A stretch of DNA of 31,139 nucleotides from a virus (taxonomy: Duplodnaviria; Caudoviricetes): the IMG/VR virus record IMGVR_UViG_3300028767_000071, positions 1-31,139 of that record. One strand, 5' to 3'. Under the pieces are notes generated by a model. The model saw nothing but the letters and a program-made list of their open reading frames with translations, had not been told where the DNA came from and ran no database searches. Positions within the stretch are counted from its first letter, which is position 1, and the number at the start of each line of letters is the position of its first letter. Shown here one piece after another: positions 9,286 to 18,371 of this stretch. The position numbers were made by a program, and so were the translations under genes.

Positions 9286-9479
9286 AAGTCTGGTACTGCA
9301 CCGAGAAGCGTTTCATCAACCGAATCATCAAGCGATGGAAACGGGAAGGATTCAACTACAATGCCGGACACGTTCAGATTTTAACTTTTGCCTTTCGTGC
9401 CGTTCTTTACTGGTCTTCAGTAGAACATCAAAAAGTTTCAGAAACAAACAGATTAAAAAATAACCTTAAACTATTCTAA
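9282..9479 (+). CDS. small hypothetical protein
   Basis: Coupled to both neighbours. Confidence 0.6.
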   Translation: MKVWYCTEKRFINRIIKRWKREGFNYNAGHVQILTFAFRAVLYWSSVEHQKVSETNRLKNNLKLF

Positions 9480-9480
9480 A

Positions 9481-9663
9481 ATGGCAAAGAAAACATTTGC
9501 AGTTCACTTTTGGACTGGATATACAACGAATTTGGGATGTGGAGATATGGTTGTAACACTTTGTGAGAGATATGTTGAAAAACAAAAAAGTCGATTCACT
9601 ATCGATAAAAGTAAAGTTACTTGTAAACTTTGTTTGTCACGACATAAATTTCAAAAGCTATGA
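9481..9663 (+). CDS. small protein, possibly Zn-binding
   Basis: H...C...VTCKLC pattern. Confidence 0.6.
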   Translation: MAKKTFAVHFWTGYTTNLGCGDMVVTLCERYVEKQKSRFTIDKSKVTCKLCLSRHKFQKL

Positions 9664-9878
9664 AGGGTTTAAAACTAATATTTATATCGCAAATTAACCG
9701 GGACGGAAGCGGAACAACTCCGGTTAATCCAGATTATATACGAACTTTAGAGAAAGATGATTTTAATTTAAATTGTCTTTCAATAACAGAAAATACTTAT
9801 ATCGCACACGGTTTTAATTCGTATGTGGTTAAACTAAAAAATGAAAAGCATTGGCCGTTTAAACTTTCAAATAAATGA
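9660..9878 (+). CDS. small hypothetical protein
   Basis: ATGA overlap with the previous ORF. Confidence 0.6.
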   Translation: MKGLKLIFISQINRDGSGTTPVNPDYIRTLEKDDFNLNCLSITENTYIAHGFNSYVVKLKNEKHWPFKLSNK

Positions 9879-9943
9879 AACTTTTTAAATTACCCTTTCG
9901 TATTAATGCCAAGTAAATGATTTTTTTCATACTTTTAGGTTTT

Positions 9944-9987
9944 ACTACCATGTTTTATTTGATTGATTGAGCGTGGTAGTTTTTTTT
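9944..9987 (+). terminator. possible intrinsic terminator
   Basis: ACTACCATG / CGTGGTAGT stem with a large loop, followed by a T run. Confidence 0.45.
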
Positions 9988-10062
9988 AAAAACTTAAGTT
10001 TGTTTTATTCAAAAAGTATTCTGATATTTGTCTTACAAATTAGAAGCACCCATCAGAGAAAG

Positions 10063-10192
10063 GGGAAACTGACTTTATAAAATGTGATTATTGGAGGCCA
10101 TATAAGCTACCGGAAACGCTGTTTGATCCGGGGTAAATAGCGAGGGACAGTCGATGTAATCAAGAATAAAAAAAGTTAGTAGAAGGTTTCCC
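10063..10192 (+). ncRNA. candidate structured RNA
   Basis: ORF-free, GC-richer region with nested complementary segments. Confidence 0.3.
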
Positions 10193-10207
10193 AAAGAATG
10201 TACAGAT

Positions 10208-10240
10208 AAAAGCCCCGGATAACGTGTCCGGGGCTAATTT
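10208..10240. terminator. GC hairpin, probable terminator (U tail on the - strand)
   Basis: AGCCCCGGA-7nt-TCCGGGGCT preceded by an A run. Confidence 0.6.
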
Positions 10241-10315
10241 AAAAGGGTTTAATTTGTGTTTGATCATTGCCGGTACTTCCGGCTAATTTTTACTGAATTT
10301 TTGTTAAATAGTAAC

Positions 10316-10477
10316 ATGAAGAAGATTAAGACAAAAGATATTGATTCAACCAAGCTGATTACAAAATCAGAATATGCAAAACAGATAAAGTCCAACCCTG
10401 TTCAAGTTCAGAGAATGATTGATCAAGGGAAATTGACTGTAGTTGTTGCAAAGGGTGCTGAATTAATACATCTTTAA
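10316..10477 (+). CDS. small HTH DNA-binding protein (excisionase-like)
   Basis: LITKSEYAKQIKSNPVQVQRMIDQGKL; ATG 10316. Confidence 0.65.
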   Translation: MKKIKTKDIDSTKLITKSEYAKQIKSNPVQVQRMIDQGKLTVVVAKGAELIHL

Positions 10478-10545
10478 TTTTTTTGACTTAAATCGTTAAT
10501 TATTAACATTGTAAATATAGTTTTTTAACCATTAAATTTTAACAC

Positions 10546-10971
10546 ATGGGTAAACCATTATTTCAAGACGTACCGGAAGATCGGAGAGTATTAATGTTGT
10601 CTGACAATGCTGAAAGTATCGAAGAAATTGGATACATGAAGCCATTTACCGAAGAAGAGATCCTTTTTATGAAAGATGATCTTGCTGAAGTTTCAATTGA
10701 TATCAATGAGATTGAAATTGAAAAGAAAGAAGTTGCTGCTGAGTTTAAACACAAACTCGAACCTCTCACATAACAGAAAAAATCTATTCTTTTAAAAATC
10801 AAAAACAAAGCTGAACATGTAAAAGAAGAATGCTTCAAGTTTATTGACTATGAAAACCAGATTGTTTCTTACTACAATTCAAAAGGTCTTGAAATCGAAA
10901 CAAGACGAATGAGGCCGGACGAAAAACAGTTGAAAATTTTCCCAATTGGTAAAACGGGAACAAATAATTAA
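10546..10971 (+). pseudogene. phage protein interrupted by in-frame TAA at 10771-10773
   Basis: Frame stays open for 65 more codons to TAA 10969-10971, 2 nt before the next ATG. Confidence 0.75.
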
Positions 10972-10973
10972 TC

Positions 10974-11717
10974 ATGAACACAGAAAAAATTCAGGTAAAT
11001 TTTGCCGAAGGTCAGACCAAAGGTGAAATAGTAATTTGTGAAGTAAAAGAAAGAAATGAACTTAAAGTTAAGGAACCTGTAAGAATCAAACTTTCTGGAA
11101 CCATTGGCGCGCCCGCAGAATTTTTACTAAAGAGAATGGATCAGTTTGACCAGATCAATCAAAAACGCTGTCATATTATCGTTGATCGTGAAGAAATAAG
11201 TATTAAGCTTGTTTTCAATGAAAACGATGAATACAATCGGGGTGAGGTTGTCGGAACACTGGAATCATATCCAAAATTCAAAGAATTTGGAATTAATACC
11301 GGAAAAGTTTGGACACCAACTGCACTTGGATTATTCTTTAAGATGAACAGGGCATTTTTCACTTCTCGAGATGATAACATGAAGCTTGTTTCTGATTTGA
11401 TGAATTTCACCGCTACAGTTAATAGCGGTATCACACGTTCCGTAAAGGAAACAGGTGATAAAACTGATAATTTTGAACAAACAGTCAATTCAAATCTTCC
11501 AAAATCATTCAATATTGTAATTCCAATTTTCAAAGGCGTACCTGCTGAAACAATAGAAGTTGAAACATTTGCACAGATAGATGGCCGTCAGGTTTCATTT
11601 ATACTACTTTCTCCGGGTGCTCAGGCTATTCTTGAAGAAATTCGAGATATAGCAGTTGATGAACAATTAAAGACTATCCGTGAGGCTTGTTCTGATATTG
11701 CAATCATTGAAATTTAA
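10974..11717 (+). CDS. phage hypothetical protein (YfdQ/DUF2303-like, tentative)
   Basis: 247 aa; LPKSFNIVIPIFKG motif. Confidence 0.7.
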   Translation: MNTEKIQVNFAEGQTKGEIVICEVKERNELKVKEPVRIKLSGTIGAPAEFLLKRMDQFDQINQKRCHIIVDREEISIKLVFNENDEYNRGEVVGTLESYPKFKEFGINTGKVWTPTALGLFFKMNRAFFTSRDDNMKLVSDLMNFTATVNSGITRSVKETGDKTDNFEQTVNSNLPKSFNIVIPIFKGVPAETIEVETFAQIDGRQVSFILLSPGAQAILEEIRDIAVDEQLKTIREACSDIAIIEI

Positions 11718-11769
11718 TCCGTTACCAGATATCGGTGGTATCCTTTCAGGTTCGATCCCTGAAACGGAA
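11718..11769 (+). ncRNA. tRNA-like mini-structure (acceptor-like stem plus T arm)
   Basis: TCCGTT/AACGGA stem; T arm TCAGG-TTCGATC-CCTGA. Confidence 0.45.
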
Positions 11770-11787
11770 CTAATAAAAATTAAACTA

Positions 11788-12945
11788 ATGAACTATACTT
11801 TAAGACCATATCAAAGCGAAGCATCCGACAAGGCAATTGAATTTTTTAAGTCAAAGAAGAAACGAAATGCAATAATGGTACTTCCAACGGGTTCGGGTAA
11901 ATCTTTGATAATTGCTGAAATTGCAAATAGACTGAATGATCATGTTTTGATTTTTCAACCTTCAAAGGAAATTTTAGAACAGAATTTTGCTAAACTTCAA
12001 AGTTATGGATTTTGGGATTGTTCGATTTATTCAGCATCCTTCAACTCGAAAGAAATATCAAAGGTAACTTTTGCAATGATTGGAAGCGTCCGAAACAAAC
12101 CTGAATTATTCGCACATTTTAAGTTTGTGATAATTGATGAATGTCATGGAGTTAACGCGAAAGGTGGAATGTATGATGATTTTATTTCAGAACTTGACTG
12201 TAAGGTATTAGGATTAACAGCTACACCTTACCGATTATCTTCAGATGGTTATGGCGGTTCAATCCTAAAATTCATAACCAGGACCCGTCCTCGGATATTT
12301 TCAGAAATGATTTACCACGTCCAGATCAAAGAATTGGCCGACGCTGGTTATTTGGCAAAAATGGAATATTACCAGATCAACATCGTTGATCCTACAAAAT
12401 TACAGGTAAATGCAACCGGTGCAGATTTTACAGACAAATCGGTTCAGAAACATTACAAGGATATTGAGTTTAATCGCAAACTTAAAGAAGTAATTGAAAG
12501 ACTGGTTAAGTCAGGACGGAAAAATATTTTAGTTTTCACTCGATTTGTAGCAGAAGCACAGGAATTATCAGACTATTTTAATGGACTAGCTGAAATGGTT
12601 TCCGGGGAAACACCTAAAAAGGAACGTGAAAGGATATTGAATGATTTCAAATCAGGTTATATTAGAATAGTTACCAATGTCGGGGTTCTTACTACGGGTT
12701 TTGACTTTCCTGAATTGGCCACAATTGTACTGGCGCGCCCTACAATGTCACTTGCTTTGTACTATCAAATGATTGGCCGGGCAATGAGACCGCACAAATC
12801 AAAATCAAGCGCGTGGATCGTTGATTTGTGTCAGACATATAAACGGTTCGGAAAAGTGGAGCAATTGGAACTGCGGGCAGAAAAATCGGGTATTTGGGCT
12901 ATTTTTAGCGGAAATAAACAACTAACGAATAAATACTATGAGTAA
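11788..12945 (+). CDS. SF2 DEAD/DEAH-box helicase (RadD/YejH-like)
   Basis: LRPYQ, PTGSGKS, DECH, TATP, TTGFD, QMIGRAMR. Confidence 0.95.
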   Translation: MNYTLRPYQSEASDKAIEFFKSKKKRNAIMVLPTGSGKSLIIAEIANRLNDHVLIFQPSKEILEQNFAKLQSYGFWDCSIYSASFNSKEISKVTFAMIGSVRNKPELFAHFKFVIIDECHGVNAKGGMYDDFISELDCKVLGLTATPYRLSSDGYGGSILKFITRTRPRIFSEMIYHVQIKELADAGYLAKMEYYQINIVDPTKLQVNATGADFTDKSVQKHYKDIEFNRKLKEVIERLVKSGRKNILVFTRFVAEAQELSDYFNGLAEMVSGETPKKERERILNDFKSGYIRIVTNVGVLTTGFDFPELATIVLARPTMSLALYYQMIGRAMRPHKSKSSAWIVDLCQTYKRFGKVEQLELRAEKSGIWAIFSGNKQLTNKYYE

Positions 12946-13720
12946 AGATCCAGCCTTTTTATTCTACGATGGCGATGCTGCCAGAGATGTTTCTCATATG
13001 AACAGACTTGAAAGAGGTGCATATTTTGATTTAATTCAAGCTCAACGGAAATTCGGTGGTTGTACCGTGGAACAAATTCGGAAGATATTTGGTAAAGACT
13101 TTGATGAAGTTTGGCCCGCAATTGAACTTATTCTTTATAAAACAGATTTAGGAATATATTTTATTGAATGGGTTCAAATATCAATTGAAAATCGCAAGGA
13201 TTATGCAGAAAAGCAAAGGAAAAGAATACAGGATTACTGGGATAAAAAAAAGAATGAAGAAGATAAAAAAGAAGAAATTATTATACCACGGAATAACCAC
13301 GGAATAACCACCGTTATTCCTTTAGTAAATGAAAATGCAATTGAAAATGAAAATGAAATTGTAGTTAAGAAAAAAGGGGGTACAGGGGGAAAAAGGAAAA
13401 CTATTTTTATTCCTCCTGAATTATTTGAAGTGGAAGATTACTTTTTTGAAAATGGTTATACTAAAGATTCAGCTAATAAATTTTTCAAATCATATTCAGT
13501 TGCAGATTGGTTTGACTCAAGAGGTAATCCGGTAAAAAACTGGAAACAAAAAGCGAATATGGTTTGGTTTAAGGATGATAATAAAATAAGATCAAATGGA
13601 ACAGGAACAAAACAACAGTTTGGCAATAATTCAAACTCAGGGGTTAGCGACGATTACAAAAGGTCAATTCTTGAAAGACTTGGCGTTACCGGAGGTTCAG
13701 AAAATATGCCGGGGAATTAA
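12938..13720 (+). CDS. putative phage replication initiator
   Basis: N-terminal KDPAFLFY (YdaU/DUF1376-like), low-complexity linker, C-terminal FIPPELFEV...W...PVKNWK. Confidence 0.7.
   Translation: MSKDPAFLFYDGDAARDVSHMNRLERGAYFDLIQAQRKFGGCTVEQIRKIFGKDFDEVWPAIELILYKTDLGIYFIEWVQISIENRKDYAEKQRKRIQDYWDKKKNEEDKKEEIIIPRNNHGITTVIPLVNENAIENENEIVVKKKGGTGGKRKTIFIPPELFEVEDYFFENGYTKDSANKFFKSYSVADWFDSRGNPVKNWKQKANMVWFKDDNKIRSNGTGTKQQFGNNSNSGVSDDYKRSILERLGVTGGSENMPGN
13285..13320. repeat. iteron-like repeats inside the initiator gene (possible origin)
   Basis: ACCACGGAATA x2 then ACCACCGTTATTCC; flanked by A-rich tracts. Confidence 0.5.
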
Positions 13721-14150
13721 CGATTACCCCGCTGTATTTGAATCAGGATTACCGACACTTGGATCAATTAACCGACAGTTTGGAATTGACTTTACTCAGG
13801 CATACATCGAAGGTTGGATAGTTAACATTCGGGAATTTATCAACGTAGGAAAAAGAATGAATGATGTTCAGACTCAAGAAACGGCAATGTTGATAATTGA
13901 AACTTACCCTTCATTGAATATTGCTGATATAAACCTGGTTTTTAAACGTGCTAAACTTGGCAAATTTGGCCAGTTTTATGACCGATTAGATGGGCAATTG
14001 CTTTTAGGGTGGTTTGATACCTATTTTGATGAAAGATGTCAGGCAGCCGCGAATATATCAATGAGGGAGGCTGATCAATATAAGGGTTCAGCTAACATTG
14101 AATCATTTGAACAAATTCATAAATTAGCAGATAAATTTAAGTTTCAATAA
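13596..14150 (+). CDS. hypothetical protein downstream of the initiator (loader-like position)
   Basis: 184 aa ORF overlapping the initiator 3' end. Confidence 0.7.
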   Translation: MEQEQNNSLAIIQTQGLATITKGQFLKDLALPEVQKICRGINDYPAVFESGLPTLGSINRQFGIDFTQAYIEGWIVNIREFINVGKRMNDVQTQETAMLIIETYPSLNIADINLVFKRAKLGKFGQFYDRLDGQLLLGWFDTYFDERCQAAANISMREADQYKGSANIESFEQIHKLADKFKFQ

Positions 14151-14180
14151 AAGAACCAGATATATTTTAAATTTGAACTT

Positions 14181-14188
14181 TATATTTG
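14181..14188 (+). promoter_or_regulatory. putative -7 promoter element directly upstream of array 2
   Basis: TATATTTG matches Bacteroidetes TAnnTTTG. Confidence 0.4.
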
Positions 14189-14191
14189 TCA

Positions 14192-14265
14192 TAACGGGCA
14201 AAGTTTATACGGGCTGCAAAGCTCGAAAACCACGGTTGCCTGACTTGCCGGGTTAGCCAAAGTTA
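14192..14265. repeat. truncated attC-like element H3
   Basis: TAAC..66 bp..GTTA; right half resembles H6, left arm missing. Confidence 0.6.
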
Positions 14266-14304
14266 TTTGCCGTATTTCATTACTAATCACTAAAATAAAT
14301 AAAG

Positions 14305-14652
14305 ATGTCAGTAAAAATTTATTCAAGTTTCAACATGGGTGGGATGCCAACCCTTGAATATTCGATTAACATTAATGGGATTTCAATTGGTATTAAAAAA
14401 GAAGATTTTGACTCTTTAGTTAAAGAACTAGGAACTTCAATATCTGAAGATTTGGAAAAAGCAAAGTCAGTGAAAGAAAGCTACTGGAAAAATGTAGAGA
14501 AGTTGCAAGAACTAAGGAAAGAAATAATATCTATTTTCTGGGATGGAGAGCCTGATGACGATTATCTATTTAAAAAAGAGTCAAAGGAAATTGATCAAGA
14601 AAAGCTTTTCGAGATTTTGGAAAAGCACAATCGCTTCTTAGGATTCGAATAA
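14305..14652 (+). CDS. cassette 3 cargo: hypothetical protein
   Basis: IR GTTATTTGCCGTATT (14262) / AATATGGCATATAAC (14651-14665). Confidence 0.8.
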   Translation: MSVKIYSSFNMGGMPTLEYSININGISIGIKKEDFDSLVKELGTSISEDLEKAKSVKESYWKNVEKLQELRKEIISIFWDGEPDDDYLFKKESKEIDQEKLFEILEKHNRFLGFE

Positions 14653-14661
14653 TATGGCATA

Positions 14662-14786
14662 TAACGTAGGAAGCTACACGCAGTTTGGGATTACGAGCGA
14701 AAGCCTGTCAAGCCCCGACAGCGTAAATACGAAAAGAAAGCCTTGAATAACTTTCATACGCCCAAATTGACGGGTAGCTGAAGTTA
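14662..14786. repeat. attC-like hairpin H4
   Basis: TAAC..117 bp..GTTA; arms GCTACACGCAGTTTGGG / CCCAAATTGACGGGTAGC. Confidence 0.85.
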
Positions 14787-14838
14787 GTGGTTAGTGCTTT
14801 CATAGTCAAATATTTAAAACTAATTAATAATCAATAAA

Positions 14839-15228
14839 ATGTCAACAGAAACACATCAAATTACAGTCGCAAAATGCGAAGAAGAAGAACTCGACAATGT
14901 AAGAACGTATCTACAAGAACTTGAACAAGTTGTCAACGAGAATGACGGTTACGATGAAGATGATTCTGAAGTGAATAAAGAAATTGCTGATGTAGCAAGA
15001 AAATATCCAAACAGAGCTTTCATCGTTCCATTGAATTTAGGAATCCTTCTCGACAACTACCAGGATAAAGACTCAGATATTTTGAAGCATCCAAAGTGGA
15101 TAATGAATCTTTTCAATGTCCTCGAAGAAATTGACGAATATCTGTCAAGTAACCCGAAAAACTATGTCGGTAGCGGGTCAATTCTGCACACTAAAATAAA
15201 GAACTGTCTGTCGAAAGATGCGAAATAG
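14839..15228 (+). CDS. cassette 4 cargo: acidic hypothetical protein
   Basis: IR GTTAGTGGTTAGTGCT (14783) / AGCATTACCACTAAC (15227-15241). Confidence 0.8.
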   Translation: MSTETHQITVAKCEEEELDNVRTYLQELEQVVNENDGYDEDDSEVNKEIADVARKYPNRAFIVPLNLGILLDNYQDKDSDILKHPKWIMNLFNVLEEIDEYLSSNPKNYVGSGSILHTKIKNCLSKDAK

Positions 15229-15237
15229 CATTACCAC

Positions 15238-15361
15238 TAACGTTTCCGCTATGCGTAGTGCGGGATTACGTGGTACGCACTATCAAACTACGCAAAGCCT
15301 ACGAGCGAGGCAGGACGCTCGATATTACGAATAACCCCGCATTACGTATGAGCGGGTGTTG
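15238..15361. repeat. attC-like hairpin H5
   Basis: TAAC..116 bp..GTTG; arms CGCTATGCGTAGTGCGGG / CCCGCATTACGTATGAGCG. Confidence 0.9.
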
Positions 15362-15385
15362 TACGCCGTTTTTATTCTTAAAACT

Positions 15386-17569
15386 ATGGATTATACTCAA
15401 TTTTTAAACACAAAACACAAAAGCATTATTCATTCAGGATTTGAAATAAATGAAACTAAATTAAATCCGATGCTTTTCGATTTTCAGAGGTTTACCGTAA
15501 AACGTGCTTTAAAGGCTGGTAAATATGCGATTTTTGCTGATACTGGACAAGGCAAAACTCCAATGCAGTTAGATATTGCGAACCAAGTTTTTAAATACAC
15601 AAATGAACCAGTTTTAATTTTAGCACCTTTGGCAGTAACAGGGCAAACAATTGAACAGGGATTGAAATTTGGAATAGAAGTAAAAAGGCTTTCGGGAAAT
15701 ATACAGATAGCCAATTATGAGCAAATTGATAACATAGATTGTAGTTTGTACGGTTGCATAATTTTAGATGAAAGTTCGATTTTAAAAAATGAAACAGGAA
15801 AATATAGAAATTTACTTATTGAAAAGTTCAAAAAAACACCTTACAAATACTGCTTTTCAGCTACACCAAGCCCAAACGACCCTATGGAATTAGGAAACCA
15901 TGCAGAATTTTTAGACGTTATGGGATTTTCAGAAATGCTTGCAATGTATTTTGTACATGATGCTGGAGAAACGCAAAAATGGAGACTTAAAGGGCATGCA
16001 GTTGAACGATTCTATGAGTTTGTTAGTTCATGGGCAATTATGTATTCGCACCCAAGGGATATAGGATTTGAAATGAATGGATTTGATTTGCCCGAACTTT
16101 CGATAATTGAAAAACAGGTTGCAACTACATTACCGGAAGGTATGCTATTTTCGGGATTGGCTGTAAATGCTACCGATTACAATTCAAGTTTACGAGAAAC
16201 AGAATTAGAACGCATTAACCAAACTTTAGAAATTGTTAAAAGTATTGGATTTAACGAACCGATAATTATTTGGACAAAGCAAAATGATGAAGCAAAAAAC
16301 ATATACAACCATTTAAAATTGCTTGGTTATGATTGCCGAAACGTGCAAGGTTCAGATTCAAATGAAAAGAAAGAAGCTGATTTATTAGGATTCGGGCATA
16401 ATGAATTTCAAATACTTATTACAAAACAATCAATTGCAAGTCAAGGATTGAATTACCAAAATTGCGCTTATCAGATATTTAATTCAGTTGATTTTAGCTT
16501 TGAACAAAGCTACCAAGCCATGAGGCGTTCATGGAGGTTTGGACAAAAAAGAAAAGTAACATGCTGGATGATAACAACCGACAGAATGATAAATGTTATT
16601 AAAATACAGCAAGATAAACACCTTTCATTTAAAACTATGCAAAGTGAAATGACGAAGGCAGTTAATAAAAATTTACTTAACCAAATAACAACTAAAAACA
16701 TGAATAGTGAAGATGTTAAAACAGAATTTTACCATTTAATGCGTGGGGATTGTGTTGAAAAATCAAAAGAAGTTGAAGAAAATAAATCGGATTTGATTAT
16801 ATTTTCGCCTCCATTTAGCGAACTTTACACATATTCGAGTCATGTTGAAGATATGGGCAATTCAGCAAACTATAACCAATTCGAGCAACATTTTAAATTC
16901 TTAATTCCTGAACTAAAAAGGATTTTAAAACCTGGGCGTATTTGTGCTATTCATTGCATGGATTTACCAATACAAAAAGGAAAAGAAGGATATATTGGTT
17001 TAAGGGACTTTTCGGGAATGTTGATTAAATGGTTTCAGGATTGCGGATTTATTTATCACAGTCGGGCAACAATATGGAAAGACCCTGTAATTGAAATGCA
17101 GCGAACTAAAGCACTTGGATTGCTGCATAAACAAGTAAAAAAAGATAGTGTAATGAGCCGTGTTGGAATACCTGACTATATTTTATTTTTTAGAAATGAA
17201 GGCGAAAATACAATACCAATTACAAATACAAATATACCAGTTGATTTGTGGCAAAAAATAGCTTCGCCAGTTTGGTATGATATTGATTATTCAAGAACTC
17301 TGAATTATAGAGAAGGTAGGGCGCAAGATGACGAGAAACATATTTGCCCGCTTCAACTTGATACGATTGAAAGAGTAATATTGCTTTATTCAAATGAAGG
17401 CGAAACGATTTTCAGCCCTTTCGGAGGAATTGGCAGCGAAGGTTATCAAGCGTTGAAAATGAACCGTAAAAGCATTTCAATTGAGCTTAAAGAAAGCTAT
17501 TTTGAATTGAATAAACGAAACCACAATGCAGCCAAAGAAGAAAAAGGACAATTAAAATTAGCATGGTAG
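15386..17569 (+). CDS. cassette 5 cargo: SNF2-like helicase fused to an N4/N6 (beta-class) DNA methyltransferase
   Basis: DTGQGKT, DESS, SATP, RRSWRFGQ; then FSPPF and SPFGGIGS; IR GTTGTACGCCGTTT (15358) / AAATGGCGTACAAC (17594-17607). Confidence 0.9.
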   Translation: MDYTQFLNTKHKSIIHSGFEINETKLNPMLFDFQRFTVKRALKAGKYAIFADTGQGKTPMQLDIANQVFKYTNEPVLILAPLAVTGQTIEQGLKFGIEVKRLSGNIQIANYEQIDNIDCSLYGCIILDESSILKNETGKYRNLLIEKFKKTPYKYCFSATPSPNDPMELGNHAEFLDVMGFSEMLAMYFVHDAGETQKWRLKGHAVERFYEFVSSWAIMYSHPRDIGFEMNGFDLPELSIIEKQVATTLPEGMLFSGLAVNATDYNSSLRETELERINQTLEIVKSIGFNEPIIIWTKQNDEAKNIYNHLKLLGYDCRNVQGSDSNEKKEADLLGFGHNEFQILITKQSIASQGLNYQNCAYQIFNSVDFSFEQSYQAMRRSWRFGQKRKVTCWMITTDRMINVIKIQQDKHLSFKTMQSEMTKAVNKNLLNQITTKNMNSEDVKTEFYHLMRGDCVEKSKEVEENKSDLIIFSPPFSELYTYSSHVEDMGNSANYNQFEQHFKFLIPELKRILKPGRICAIHCMDLPIQKGKEGYIGLRDFSGMLIKWFQDCGFIYHSRATIWKDPVIEMQRTKALGLLHKQVKKDSVMSRVGIPDYILFFRNEGENTIPITNTNIPVDLWQKIASPVWYDIDYSRTLNYREGRAQDDEKHICPLQLDTIERVILLYSNEGETIFSPFGGIGSEGYQALKMNRKSISIELKESYFELNKRNHNAAKEEKGQLKLAW

Positions 17570-17651
17570 AATGCTAAATCGAAGCACGTCTTTAAATGGC
17601 GTACAACTTGTAAATATCCGCAACTAAATAGTCAAAATACCAATAAATTTA

Positions 17652-17891
17652 ATGATTTTAGAAATAAAATATAGGTATAAGGGATTTGATTATTTAGTTG
17701 CCGATTCGGATGGTAACTTGTATTTAACACCTCATTTTCGTTACCGGCGCACAGTATATTTTAAGAAAATTGAGCCGTTTAAAAATGGCATTAATAAAAA
17801 GAAAACAATTAAATATCACGGTGCAAATGTTTCGTTTGCACAATTAAGAAAACGAAAAATTGAAGTTAATGAGGTAATTGAAGTTTACTAA
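17652..17891 (+). CDS. small basic protein at the right end of array 2
   Basis: 79 aa ORF, convergent with the endolysin. Confidence 0.65.
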   Translation: MILEIKYRYKGFDYLVADSDGNLYLTPHFRYRRTVYFKKIEPFKNGINKKKTIKYHGANVSFAQLRKRKIEVNEVIEVY

Positions 17892-17900
17892 AAACAAAAA

Positions 17901-18371
17901 TCAAATCGAAACATATACGGTGTTACCGTCTTTCTTTTCAGATTTTAAAATATTCATTCTGTTATTTCCGGTATTCCATGAAACGTGAACCCATGTAGGA
18001 TTTTCTTGTTCATCTGGAAATTCAGAAATTAACTGATCGAAAGCAAGATTGTTTTTGATGTAATTGAATATGTCTTTATTCGATCCTCCGAAAAGTAAAC
18101 AGATATCCATTGCGGCTCCATTTATTGCTGTGTGTTGGCTATTCTTAGCACCTCCAACTACTTTATTAAGTTCTTCACATCTAAAAAAAGAGTTGATGTG
18201 TATAGGTCTATTCCCTAGTCCGGCCCTTAATGGCTCAAATATGTTTTCAGCTAGTTCTATCATGTTTTTTAACTGCGAGGCATCTGGAATGTTACTTATT
18301 CCTAAACGCTCTGCTGTTGAGCTAGAAATAGCCTCCTGAAAGGTAATGTGATCTGAAATGTTGTAAATCAT
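17901..18371 (-). CDS. peptidase M15A-family endolysin
   Basis: SFFRC..LN..VGG...SQH....AAMD...WVHVS. Confidence 0.9.
   Translation of the reverse strand: MIYNISDHITFQEAISSSTAERLGISNIPDASQLKNMIELAENIFEPLRAGLGNRPIHINSFFRCEELNKVVGGAKNSQHTAINGAAMDICLLFGGSNKDIFNYIKNNLAFDQLISEFPDEQENPTWVHVSWNTGNNRMNILKSEKKDGNTVYVSI

Larger units (their letters stand above)
14192..17620 (+). mobile_element. cassette array 2 (3 cassettes)
   Basis: Three hairpin+gene units with own IRs; right end AACTTGTAAATATC resembles the other arrays. Confidence 0.85.

Noticed and set aside
9224-9463. ORF-track 79-aa ORF, and similar shadow ORFs such as 1310-1555, 3946-4165, 4471-4734, 10563-10838, 18064-18339, 19036-19278 and 29593-30941
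   Set aside because: They overlap better-supported genes in other frames or on the opposite strand and have no recognisable motifs.
11718-11769. Functional tRNA gene
   Set aside because: Too short and lacks a full cloverleaf; kept only as a tRNA-like structure.
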